A stretch of 64,000 nt of DNA from Candidatus Bathyarchaeota archaeon (GTDB lineage Archaea; Thermoproteota; Bathyarchaeia; Bathyarchaeales; Bathycorpusculaceae), in contig CAWEPZ010000002.1 of assembly GCA_963811105.1 (NCBI GenBank), positions 1 to 64,000 of the forward strand, written 5' to 3'. The position numbers were made by a program, and so were the translations under genes. The notes under the pieces were generated by a model that saw nothing but the letters and a program-made list of their open reading frames with translations, did not search any database and was not told the DNA's origin. Positions 8,455 to 18,108 of the stretch are shown one piece after another (position 1 is the stretch's first letter; the number at the start of each line of letters is the position of its first letter).

Positions 8455-9366
8455 TTACATGAATGCCTTGTATATTGGATGAGTTTCTTCTAGTGGTCTT
8501 GTTCCGAGATCGCCTGCGGCTGATGCAATGTATGTGTCTGTGACTGCGACTGCTGGGAATACCCATTCAGCTTGTTCTGCCGGACCGATCATTAGCCAGT
8601 TCGCGCCTACTGTTTGCATGATTGAGTTGGTTGCGGTTCTGCATCCGGGACGGAATTCTTTGGCGACGTTTGCTTTGACCCAACCCATGGTTGTAACAAC
8701 GTTTCCGCTGCCTAAGCCCACTGGGTGACCATATTTCTCTTTCATGATTGGTATCGTTCTTACTGCAGTGCCCATGTCTGGAGCGAATGCTGGAATTGCT
8801 GTATCAATAAGGGGCTTTGTGATTCCACCTTTTTCGGCTAATGCTAAGGCTTCTTCGATGACTTTCATTTTGCCTTCGAGAGTAGTATCTTTTGGATCGT
8901 CAGCTAGCACTATGGACATTCTGATTCCGCTTTCTTTGAGCTTTGCCAATTCTGCGTCAGTGACGCCTTTGTAGACAGAGTTGTAGAGACATCTATCTGA
9001 AAGACCCATTTTCTTCGCCATGTCGGCTGCTGCCATTCGTGTCTTTGGACTCATTGCATCAAGCATCAATGGTGCATCACAGTGTTTTGCGACAAAGTCA
9101 ATGTATTTTTCAAAAGCTAATTCAGTTGTTCCAACGATGTCAAAGGCAAATTGTACGCCAGTAATGTCACTTTGAGTTTGCATGGTATTGATTATTTGCT
9201 CTGCCACTTTTGCATCAAAAATACCTTTGTTTGCATCTTGTACCATTTTCTGGCCTAGCCAAAAAATAGAACCAATCAGGAAAGTAGGTAGTTCTCCTGG
9301 CTGACCACCAACTTTCGCTCTTCCAACAGTATATATGCTTTGTTTTGTGTTGAATTTAAAGGACAT
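8455..9366 (-). CDS. mtrH: MtrH-family pterin:corrinoid methyltransferase
   Basis: KVGGQPGELPTFLIGSIF, YNSV, KPLID, KEKYGHPVG and GANWLMIGP motifs. Confidence 0.88.
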   Translation of the reverse strand: MSFKFNTKQSIYTVGRAKVGGQPGELPTFLIGSIFWLGQKMVQDANKGIFDAKVAEQIINTMQTQSDITGVQFAFDIVGTTELAFEKYIDFVAKHCDAPLMLDAMSPKTRMAAADMAKKMGLSDRCLYNSVYKGVTDAELAKLKESGIRMSIVLADDPKDTTLEGKMKVIEEALALAEKGGITKPLIDTAIPAFAPDMGTAVRTIPIMKEKYGHPVGLGSGNVVTTMGWVKANVAKEFRPGCRTATNSIMQTVGANWLMIGPAEQAEWVFPAVAVTDTYIASAAGDLGTRPLEETHPIYKAFM

Positions 9367-9384
9367 TTTTCCTCATCTGATGGA

Positions 9385-9813
9385 TTATTTTTTGCCCATC
9401 GCTTTCTTTGCTAAGTCAGGAGCTTCTTCCTTGTTCTTACCAAAGAGAGCGCCTATTGCATCTGCATCTTCTTTTTTAACTGCTGCGCCGCCCATGATTA
9501 TGGCAATTTTGCCCTTTAATCCGGCTGCTTTCAATGCATCATCTAGTTTGGCAAGATTGTTTTTTGCTGGTACTGTATTAACAGAAATTGCAATTATGTC
9601 TGCATTGTTTTCCTTTGCTTTGTCAACAAAAACTTGTGGTGCAACACTTTTGCCCACATCGATTGTTTTGAATCCTGCGCGTTTCAGTGACCTTCTGACC
9701 GCTTCTTTGGCTGTGTCATGCATGTCTGGTTCAATGTTGCCGATAACAACTGTGCCAAGTGGATTTTCTGGTTCTGGAGGCTCTTTTTCCATCATAGATT
9801 TAAGCCATGACAT
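9385..9813 (-). CDS. Stand-alone cobalamin-binding (corrinoid) protein lacking the cap domain
   Basis: DMHDTAK (DxHxxG variant), ADIIAIS and IMGGA Rossmann B12-binding motifs. Confidence 0.85.
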   Translation of the reverse strand: MSWLKSMMEKEPPEPENPLGTVVIGNIEPDMHDTAKEAVRRSLKRAGFKTIDVGKSVAPQVFVDKAKENNADIIAISVNTVPAKNNLAKLDDALKAAGLKGKIAIIMGGAAVKKEDADAIGALFGKNKEEAPDLAKKAMGKK

Positions 9814-9965
9814 TTAAACACCTTTTTCCTTTTTTAGTTACTCTGGGATTTTTATACTCGAAATTCATATTTAAGCTTTGACTTAAATAATTCACCAAAG
9901 GGCAAAAGTATTAAATAGAAGAACATGAGGGGGAAAGCGAAACGTCCAAAGCTGACAAAAGAATC

Positions 9966-12287
9966 GTGTTGATTTTATTGCTCTTCGTTTTTGCATTCGT
10001 TTACCGTCTCATTTTTATGCTTTGGCAAACATTTCCGCCAGGTGCAGACATTGGCTTACATAACAGCGTTATTTATTCAATAACAAAACCAGGTAACACG
10101 AATCTCCTTTATGATTATTATCAGATGGGCGGAGGCATATCACTGACTTTTCCCGGGTACCACATTTTCGCTTCAGGAATAATAATGATGACTGGAATGT
10201 CTGACTATTTTGCACAAACAATTATTGTGGCTCTATTCTCTTCGCTAATTGTTTTATCATCTTATTTAGTAACCAGAGCGGCTTGGACGGAATCGGGGGC
10301 TTTAATTGTTGCGTTTTTAGTTGCCATCTCACGCTTTGACATAGAAATGACGCTTTGGGGCGGATACCCCAATGTAATAACACTGCTTTTGATTCCGTTG
10401 ACGTTTTACCTTTTTCTGCAAAGAGATAAGTTTTCTTTGACACCTTTTATAGTATCCACTTCTATTTTGATCGGCTCAATATTCTTGACTCATTCTTTAA
10501 GTGCAGTAGTTTTTGTGGGCACAACAGTTGCGACAGTGCTGGTAGTAATGATTCGTCCTAAAGCATTCCAAACATCAAGAAAACATATTCTCTATTGGCT
10601 GCTGCCCATAGTAGTCGGCGCCATAATTGTTTCCCCATTTTTATTTGATGCTGCCAAAGCCTACTTTAGTTCTAACGCCACTCTTAACGAAGTGCTCGAT
10701 ATTAAAAGCGCTTTGCTCTCAACCAGAATCCTTCCTCTAGAAATAGTTCTTCCCCTTTTTTCAATTCTTGTACTTTTCTTTTTCCTGTCAAAAGAATATA
10801 AAGGAAGGTTCTTTTCGTTGCCTGCTGTTCTATTTTTCATGTGGCTATTAGTTCCTTTATTTTTAGCCCAAGGCTATCTCTTTGATATCTACATAGATTA
10901 CAATCGATTTCTGTACTTCCTACTCTTGCCAGTCTTAGTTCTATTTGGGATGTATCTTGATCATGCTTCGATATTTTTTGCGCGCATTGTACAGACGTAC
11001 CACGTTTTAACCAGCCAAGTGCAGACGGCAAAGAAGCGGGCAAACAAATATGCGACGAGTATTTCATCGCGTATAACTCGCAGAAATCTTTATGCTGGTT
11101 TTGTGATAAGCCTATTACTTGTTTCTTTCTTTGGGTTTCAACTTTTTGTAACTCCATGGCAAGGCATATCCGTGGAAAGTTTTTACCAAGTTATGACTAA
11201 TCCTGGTTATGAGGCAATACAGTGGACTAAGAATAACACACCCGCAGGATCCGTGTTTGTTTCTGACGCTCTATACGGGTGGTGGCTTGGCGGGTTCAGT
11301 CAACGGCCAACCATAAGTTCGGTTCCTCCAGAGTTCTTGACGGTTTCCCGTGAATTAAGTCCTGCAAAGAATGCTTCCTTGCTGCTTGATACAGACTACA
11401 TGATTGACAACGGTTACATTCAGGTTAGAGAAGACGGCGGATACCTTGCAAGGCATAATCCAGAAATCCTAGCCAAGCTTAACTGGACTTATTACCCTTA
11501 CTCATTCTTTAACTTTGACAGCGACCAAATTAAAATTGATTACAGCATCAACGGCACTGCTTACTATACACACGTAAACGAGCTTTCAGTGAAACAGATG
11601 CAACTGCAACGGGCACCCAACAATGACACTACCATAATCGTTTCCAGAGGCAACAACTTATTCAATTATACTCAATTCACCACAGTTTACCAAGGCTCAA
11701 GATTCGTAAACATAACTGTAACTGTGGACACAACCGAAAACGGTGTTTCACTAAATTATCTAACCTTTAATCTTGAAAGCAAAGGGTCAATTATTCAGTT
11801 AAGCAACAGCACAGTTGCATGGATAGATGGAGGCGTGAAAGCTTTCGGGCAATTGATTTTCAATGGCAATAAGCCTGATGTGAGCCAAACCATAGACAAC
11901 GCTCCTCCATACGATGTAAGCGTGCAATATGCTTTGGATGGAAAATCTCAGGGGCAAATTCAGATGTCTGCGAGTGCTTACTCAGTTACAGATGATCTTC
12001 AATTTTACGTAGATCAAGCAACCGTAACCAAATATTTCAACCCTAAAATAACAGACAACCTGAATTCACCATATCAAATAATTTATCAAAAAAATGGCAA
12101 GTTGCCGCCTATCGACAATTTTGATTACCAAGCAGCCATGCAACAATGGAACATATCCTACATTGCAAATCGGGCTCTTGAGTTAAATCCCAAATTTGCA
12201 GGCGACCCCCATATTGACCTTGTATTTATTAACAGTGAAGTCGCTATCTTTAAGGTTAAATCGGACGCCAATCCAATTGGGAGATAG
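9966..12287 (+). CDS. Multi-pass membrane protein, GT-C (PMT/ArnT/STT3-like) glycosyltransferase candidate
   Basis: About a dozen TM segments, GADIGLH first loop, WGGY motif, 'AIQWTKNNTP...FVSD' and a large extracellular domain with many NxS/T sites. Confidence 0.6.
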   Translation: MLILLLFVFAFVYRLIFMLWQTFPPGADIGLHNSVIYSITKPGNTNLLYDYYQMGGGISLTFPGYHIFASGIIMMTGMSDYFAQTIIVALFSSLIVLSSYLVTRAAWTESGALIVAFLVAISRFDIEMTLWGGYPNVITLLLIPLTFYLFLQRDKFSLTPFIVSTSILIGSIFLTHSLSAVVFVGTTVATVLVVMIRPKAFQTSRKHILYWLLPIVVGAIIVSPFLFDAAKAYFSSNATLNEVLDIKSALLSTRILPLEIVLPLFSILVLFFFLSKEYKGRFFSLPAVLFFMWLLVPLFLAQGYLFDIYIDYNRFLYFLLLPVLVLFGMYLDHASIFFARIVQTYHVLTSQVQTAKKRANKYATSISSRITRRNLYAGFVISLLLVSFFGFQLFVTPWQGISVESFYQVMTNPGYEAIQWTKNNTPAGSVFVSDALYGWWLGGFSQRPTISSVPPEFLTVSRELSPAKNASLLLDTDYMIDNGYIQVREDGGYLARHNPEILAKLNWTYYPYSFFNFDSDQIKIDYSINGTAYYTHVNELSVKQMQLQRAPNNDTTIIVSRGNNLFNYTQFTTVYQGSRFVNITVTVDTTENGVSLNYLTFNLESKGSIIQLSNSTVAWIDGGVKAFGQLIFNGNKPDVSQTIDNAPPYDVSVQYALDGKSQGQIQMSASAYSVTDDLQFYVDQATVTKYFNPKITDNLNSPYQIIYQKNGKLPPIDNFDYQAAMQQWNISYIANRALELNPKFAGDPHIDLVFINSEVAIFKVKSDANPIGR

Positions 12288-12294
12288 CTAGCCC

Positions 12295-14601
12295 TTGATG
12301 GGTAAAATGATTGAAGAGAGAAAAATTGAAATCATCTTTATTACCGTTCTCTCAGTGATTATTTTCACCAGTTTCTACACGCTTACATCCATGAATGGCG
12401 TTGTCTTAGGAAATGACCCTTCCGTTCACCTTCAAAAAGCCCAAATCTTCCTCCAAACAGGTCAAATCCCGTTAAGCAACTTAGGTTGGACACCTCCGCT
12501 TTACGAAATCTTACTTTCTACGCTTATTACCTACAGTGGTGCAACTGCAATTGGGCAACTAATTTTCTTAGTAAAAGCCTTAGCAGTAATAATCGATTGG
12601 CTACTATTCCTCTCTGTCTATTTAATAGCTCGCAAATTTTTTAACAAGAAAGTAGGCGCCACCGCCTCTATTTTGCTGCTGATGTGTTTTCCTATGTTCG
12701 ACCTTAACGCTTGGGGCGGTTACACGACAGTGCTAGGAATGGCGTTTACTGTTTTAGTTCTACTTTATTTGACTCTAGCGACTGAACAGTTCGGCTATCT
12801 TATTGTCACTTTTCTTGCAGCTTTCGCTCTTGTTTTATCCCATCAGCTTGCAGCATTTCTGGCAGTTATAATTGTGCCCCCGATCCTTCTTCTTATGCTA
12901 GTAAAATCCAAAGGTGCCTACCTTAAAGTCGTTATCGCTTTGATCCTCGGTGGTGGAATAGCATTTTTCCTCTATTACTTCCAAGCCATGATCGGTTATC
13001 TTGATGCCGTAATTTATTACGTATTCTTTGCCATCAAAACCTATGCATACCAGATTCCATCTGTAAGCTTTTTCTCTTTCTTGGGAAATTTCGGCTTTAT
13101 CTTTTTCTTTGGTTTATGCGGCATCGTCATTGGCTATGACGTGCTGAGACGAGAAAAGAAACTGGTTTATTTTGTAATACTAATGCTTAGTTTTTTTGTT
13201 CCGTTGTTTTTCGCTGAGTCCTATCTTTTTGGTTTGTTTATGCCGTTTCATTGGTTTCTTTACTATTTGACGCCTCCTTTGGCTATTCTGGCTGCTGTTT
13301 CCATTGTCTTTGTAGCTGATAAGTTCTCAATCTTTTATGCAAAAAATAAAACAAGCTTGAGAAGAAACCGATTAAAAATAGTCACAATTTCATTAGTTGT
13401 TTTAATGTCTTTGATGCTTGTGTTTCGTTCAGACGTCGTATATGGGAAAATCATAGAAGCAAGCGTATACTATTCAACATCCGACTCAAAAGCTCTTGAT
13501 GCCGGGATTTGGCTAAACCAAAATTACCCTAATAACGCGACTGTAGTTGTAACACAGGTCCCAGGCTCCTGGTTTTCGAGCTTTTCGGGAAAAACTGTGT
13601 TCGCTCAGACTGATCCTACGGTTGAAAGGACTGCTATCGCTGAATCGGTCTTAAGCTTATCTGATGAGATTCAAACTCCCCAAACTCTAGTGCGGGCCTA
13701 TCAGGCTAAGGGCGACATTACTGACGAAAACTACGTCTCCATTGATCAGGTCTGGTATAGAGATTCTTACTCTTCTGGCGCTGGAGATTTCCTAAGTTTT
13801 ACTCAAAATGGAATAGACTATAAGTTTTCTGTTGCTAATTTAAGTAGAACGATATCATTTAATAAGCAAGCTTACCCAAAACAAGTATCTTTTACATATT
13901 ATAACGACTATATAGAATTAACACAGACAATGCTTGTACAAAATGACAGTTACCTCATCAACGTTTCCTGGGCACTTAGTCCTCTAAAGAGCGATATTTC
14001 TAATGCAAGTCTGTACCTTACCACCTATTTCGACCTACAGTTTAACTTCAGTAAAGCTCAAATCCCCCAATTAATGGATTGGGCTAACCCTTGGGATATG
14101 CCGTCAAAAATTACTCATGGAACGGATTGGGCAGTTGCTGGTTTTTTCAATTCAAGCCTAAAAGATAATTACATAGGACTCTATGATCATAGTAAAGACG
14201 TTGCTTTCGCTTTCAAGTTTTACGACACACCCGCTTTGGGAAACATCGGCGCCTTGGGTAATGGACAAATAGATGCTGTTCGGTTCCAATACGAATTCAA
14301 CGACATAAACGTCAACCAAACAGTTACTAGACAATACCAAACTCTCACTTTTTCAAAAAACAGTTATCCAGCATTCCAGCAACCAAACCAACTGCAAAGC
14401 TTATTAAATTTCAAACCTGGCGAATTTACAATTGTCTCCCAGGATTATCGTGACATTATTGCTGAAAATAACATTGGCTTCATCGTTTACGATAAAAACC
14501 AACTTAACTATAACATAGCTCACTGCAAATTTTTACTACTAATTTACTCGAACGATAGGTATGCAATCTTCAAAATCTTAAACAACTACAATCAAACATA
14601 A
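12295..14601 (+). CDS. Paralogous GT-C-like membrane protein
   Basis: GNDPSVH loop, WGGY, 'AGIWLNQNYP'; same architecture as the upstream gene. Confidence 0.6.
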   Translation: MMGKMIEERKIEIIFITVLSVIIFTSFYTLTSMNGVVLGNDPSVHLQKAQIFLQTGQIPLSNLGWTPPLYEILLSTLITYSGATAIGQLIFLVKALAVIIDWLLFLSVYLIARKFFNKKVGATASILLLMCFPMFDLNAWGGYTTVLGMAFTVLVLLYLTLATEQFGYLIVTFLAAFALVLSHQLAAFLAVIIVPPILLLMLVKSKGAYLKVVIALILGGGIAFFLYYFQAMIGYLDAVIYYVFFAIKTYAYQIPSVSFFSFLGNFGFIFFFGLCGIVIGYDVLRREKKLVYFVILMLSFFVPLFFAESYLFGLFMPFHWFLYYLTPPLAILAAVSIVFVADKFSIFYAKNKTSLRRNRLKIVTISLVVLMSLMLVFRSDVVYGKIIEASVYYSTSDSKALDAGIWLNQNYPNNATVVVTQVPGSWFSSFSGKTVFAQTDPTVERTAIAESVLSLSDEIQTPQTLVRAYQAKGDITDENYVSIDQVWYRDSYSSGAGDFLSFTQNGIDYKFSVANLSRTISFNKQAYPKQVSFTYYNDYIELTQTMLVQNDSYLINVSWALSPLKSDISNASLYLTTYFDLQFNFSKAQIPQLMDWANPWDMPSKITHGTDWAVAGFFNSSLKDNYIGLYDHSKDVAFAFKFYDTPALGNIGALGNGQIDAVRFQYEFNDINVNQTVTRQYQTLTFSKNSYPAFQQPNQLQSLLNFKPGEFTIVSQDYRDIIAENNIGFIVYDKNQLNYNIAHCKFLLLIYSNDRYAIFKILNNYNQT

Positions 14602-14674
14602 ACTGAAAAATTGAAGATGGATTCAAACTAAAAACATAAAGTTTGATTTTTGAGGAATTTTTTCTCTACCCAGT

Positions 14675-14959
14675 CTACTTTTGCTTAGTTATCTCCATCG
14701 TTAAAACCATTCTGGATTTAGTTTCTCCCTCGCGCGGTGGCATCTCGGCTGATCCGATAGCAATCTTGCTAACTTTAAGTTCTTTAATGAAACGGTTCCT
14801 TGTTATCTCAGCGACATCAATAGCGGTGGTCATAGTTTACACTCTTGCTTTCAAAGTAATTTCTTTCAGGTTTCCTGATTCGAGGCTGGTTATTATGGTC
14901 AGAAAATAGCTCATTAGAGGTTTGTTTCCGACTAAGATTACATCTGCGTTTTGGGTCAT
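14675..14959 (-). pseudogene. Alba paralog with in-frame TAA
   Basis: MTQNADVILVGNKPLMSY...ITLKARV*TMTTAIDVAEITRNRF...; stop at 14837-14839 in a region with several other substitutions. Confidence 0.85.
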
Positions 14960-15184
14960 TTTGTCTTACTCCTTCTTTGTTATTTGCTGTGTATAACGTG
15001 TCTGTTACTTACATTTGCTCTATAACTGAACGTTTTGCCAAAACAATTTATTTCTATCTTAAAAGTCATTTGAAAACCACTATTTTACGGAAATTGTTAG
15101 ACAATTCGGTAACAAAATAACTGGAAAGGCTTTTCTACAGCTAACCCATAATCAGCTTTAACACTTAACATCAAGGGAGTTAAC

Positions 15185-15821
15185 TTGCTTACTAAACTCA
15201 AGAAAAAAGTTCAACAAATGCTATCTTCTCAAGCAGCCGCCGCACATAAAATAGGGTTAACTCCCAACAAAGTAAGCACCATAGGATTCGTGCTCGCACT
15301 TGCTTCAGGGGTTGCATACTCACTAGCTCCCTAGTCACTTATGGCTTCTTCTCTTAGCGACAATTCTACTTTTGGCCTCAGGATTCTGCGATACGCTTGA
15401 CGGCATAATTGCAAGGACTTTCCAGCAGATTACAGAGTTCGGTGGCTTTTTTGATTCAGTTCTTGATAGGTACGCAGATGGAGCAATCTACGCAGCCATA
15501 ATAATCGCTGGATTAAGCAATTCCGCTTGGGGTCCAACTTGGGGTTCAATTTGGGGTTTGGCAGCTCTAGCAGGTTCTTTGCTAGTGAGTTACAGTCGTG
15601 CAAGAGCAGAAGTAGTTGGAATTAAAATGGAGTCAGTGGGTTTGGCTGAAAGGGCTGAACGTATGATTATTTTAGCTGCCGTGAGCATTGTTGCATTTTT
15701 CTGGTTGCCCGCGTTAGGTTATGGTATATTTTTGTTAGCAGTGCTTGCAAACTTTACCGTTTTACAAAGAGCACTTTACGTTTACAAGAAATTAAAGAAA
15801 AAAACAGTATTAGTTACTTAG
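15185..15821 (+). CDS. pgsA: CDP-alcohol phosphatidyltransferase (archaetidylinositol-phosphate synthase-like), 1-nt insertion at about 15330
   Basis: N-terminal frame GLTPNKVS from TTG 15185; C-terminal frame DTLDGIIAR...GGFFDSVLDRYAD; removing one C from CCC 15329-15331 joins them. Confidence 0.85.
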
Positions 15822-16108
15822 TATCTTCTTTTTGCTCGTGAGTGACGCTCGCTTTCGGCTCTGACATTAACGATTCCCCGGTGAACAGCACAAGATATGC
15901 AGTAAAATTTCGTGTCCACCCAGGATGCTAGAAATGTTCCTTTTTGCCTAAGCTCCTTAGCTAACTGAGGCTCAACGAATGACACTCGACGGGTAGACCT
16001 TTTTGCCTTATCACGTGGCACCATTGCCCCGCAATTTGCGCATTGAACGAGACTGCTGCTTCCTTTGCTTCCTTTAGCTCGTCCTCGGCTTTTTCGCTTG
16101 GATGGCAA
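15818..16108 (-). CDS. rps26e: 30S ribosomal protein S26e
   Basis: MPSKRKSRGR...CANCGAMVPRDKAK...YCISCAVHRGIV. Confidence 0.95.
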   Translation of the reverse strand: MPSKRKSRGRAKGSKGSSSLVQCANCGAMVPRDKAKRSTRRVSFVEPQLAKELRQKGTFLASWVDTKFYCISCAVHRGIVNVRAESERHSRAKRRY

Positions 16109-16148
16109 CTATTTTTAACCTCTTTTTCCAATTATGCATTAAACTATC

Positions 16149-17057
16149 TTATATATATGCTCGTAACTTTAACAGAGAAGCAATGTTAGCTTTCTGATTT
16201 ATTTGAGGGATGATTTTTCCATTTGGCGACGTCATTAATGTTGTTACTCCTGGTCCATGGCCGGCTGTGACACAATTTGTGTGAATAATTACACCCACTG
16301 AAATAGCACCCTGACGGTAAATTCTGCCAAACGAGTGGTCCGCGTCAATGATGGCTACTAAATCGCCAAGCCTTAAGCTTTCCAACCCATACTGCTCAAC
16401 AACATTACTGTCAAAAAGTTGTATATCGTAGTCTCCAGAGTTAACTTGGTTTGCTCCTAAACCTGAACCCATGATAGCCGCTGGAACAACATGAGTGACT
16501 GATACCTCAAGCTTGTCACTTTTCGGCTGCGGGTTCCATGCTTCCAGTAATGATGGGTCAGTATTCAAGACCTTGATTTCTGGAAAATCAACCATTTTTA
16601 AGCCCACGCCAAAGGCTTTCACTAGAATTCTGTCTCCAATCACAAGCTTATCCAAAGTTTCTGATGGAAAATCAACCATCACATGCTCGATTCCACCGTG
16701 TTTACCTGTGACAGTTCCCTCCTCACCCCTAGCTTCACCACTTACTATTGTTGCTTTGTTCCCCACGCACGATAGCACGTTAAAGGCGGTATTGGCAGCT
16801 TGACATGATCGGGCATCATTTTCTTTGTTTTCGGTGCTAACACCCGGTTCTACATGGTCAGCTTCCCAACCACATGCTGGATCCCCGACTCTTAGATTGT
16901 AGGTTATTCCGCCAACTCCAGGCAACACTACCGGGATTCCGGTTGCGGAAACGTTGTAAACTGATCTTATTGTTGGGCTGGCTATTTCACCGATGACTGA
17001 CATTTTAATGAGTTTTTCAACGTTTGTTTTAAGCATAACTGGTCCTCTTTTGAGCAT
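16149..17057 (-). CDS. DUF4438-like conserved protein (likely start 17036)
   Basis: PGVGGITYN, DHVEPGVS, GKHGGIEH, GSGLG, GDYDIQ and GHGPG motifs. Confidence 0.75.
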   Translation of the reverse strand: MLKRGPVMLKTNVEKLIKMSVIGEIASPTIRSVYNVSATGIPVVLPGVGGITYNLRVGDPACGWEADHVEPGVSTENKENDARSCQAANTAFNVLSCVGNKATIVSGEARGEEGTVTGKHGGIEHVMVDFPSETLDKLVIGDRILVKAFGVGLKMVDFPEIKVLNTDPSLLEAWNPQPKSDKLEVSVTHVVPAAIMGSGLGANQVNSGDYDIQLFDSNVVEQYGLESLRLGDLVAIIDADHSFGRIYRQGAISVGVIIHTNCVTAGHGPGVTTLMTSPNGKIIPQINQKANIASLLKLRAYI

Positions 17058-17170
17058 TGTGTCCTATCCGTGAGGCTTCTAATAAAACTTCACACGGTGT
17101 CTTTTTCATTTAAGGAAATCTTAAATTATGCGGTTCTTTATTGTTGCAGTGAAGCTAAGTTTATCTAAAA

Positions 17171-17770
17171 TTGTCGGAAGTGAAATTTGCTATGTCTGAA
17201 ATTGGGTTAAGAACAAAGATGCTGGTTAAAGATGTAATGAGCAGCCCAGTTATAACCATGGATGAGAATGAAGCTTCAAATAAGGCTGCCACAGCCATGG
17301 ATCACAACGACGTCGGAGCTGTAATAGTTACCAGTAAAGCTGGAAAATCAATCGGCATTATTACGGAGCGAGACTTAGTCATCAGGGTTTTAGCTAAAAA
17401 CCTTAAACCTGACTCCGTTTCCGCCAAAGATATCATGACAACCCCATTAGTAACGATTGAGCCTGAAGCGTCAATAACTGAAGCAGCTCGACGAATGAAC
17501 AGGCTAGACATCAGACGCCTCGGCGTTATTTACAAAGGCAACCTTGTCGGGGTAATCTCAAGCAAAGATGTCCTTGGCGTGATGCCAGAGCTAATAGAAA
17601 TAATCCAAGAACGTACACGGATTGAAGGTGATTCTCGAACTGAAGAAACTGAAGAGGTTCCGCTTTCAGGATATTGTGACATATGTAATGTGTACTCAGA
17701 AAACCTTAAGGAACGAAACGGACAAAATATTTGTGATGAATGCCGAATAGAACAGGAACAAGAAAAGTAA
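17171..17770 (+). CDS. CBS-pair protein with C-terminal Zn ribbon
   Basis: VKDVMSSP, GIITERD, DIMTTP; CDIC...CDEC. Confidence 0.88.
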   Translation: MSEVKFAMSEIGLRTKMLVKDVMSSPVITMDENEASNKAATAMDHNDVGAVIVTSKAGKSIGIITERDLVIRVLAKNLKPDSVSAKDIMTTPLVTIEPEASITEAARRMNRLDIRRLGVIYKGNLVGVISSKDVLGVMPELIEIIQERTRIEGDSRTEETEEVPLSGYCDICNVYSENLKERNGQNICDECRIEQEQEK

Positions 17771-17781
17771 TCTTGCTAACT

Positions 17782-18084
17782 CTATAAATCAACAAACAAA
17801 AAGTCTTCTCTTTCCTCAACATTGTAAGTTTTTAGAGGCTTCTGCGTTGGTCCTCTAAGCACTATTCCATTGGTTACATTGAATTGTGAGTAATGCCAAG
17901 GGCAGGTGAGAACTTCTCCCTGAAGCGTGCCCTCTGCAAGCGGTGCGCCAGCGTGAGTGCATCTTGCATCTAAACAAAAAATTTTGCCATTAAGAATAGT
18001 AGCCAACACTTCATGTCCCTTAATTTTGAAAGCCCTTAGTTCTCCAACTGTAATAATTTTCTTATCGCACAACTTCACAAACAT
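17782..18084 (-). CDS. Rieske-type [2Fe-2S] ferredoxin
   Basis: CTH...CPWH. Confidence 0.92.
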   Translation of the reverse strand: MFVKLCDKKIITVGELRAFKIKGHEVLATILNGKIFCLDARCTHAGAPLAEGTLQGEVLTCPWHYSQFNVTNGIVLRGPTQKPLKTYNVEEREDFLFVDL

Positions 18085-18108
18085 AACGTCACCTATACAA
18101 CTTCTAAT

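Noticed and set aside
9868-9889. Inverted repeat TATTTAAG-N6-CTTAAATA
   Set aside because: Explained adequately by TATA-like elements in a divergent promoter region
14837-15333. Pyrrolysine or selenocysteine readthrough at internal stops
   Set aside because: The Alba stop is TAA; the TAG codons in pgsA, moaD and the first gene result from frameshifts, not in-frame readthrough
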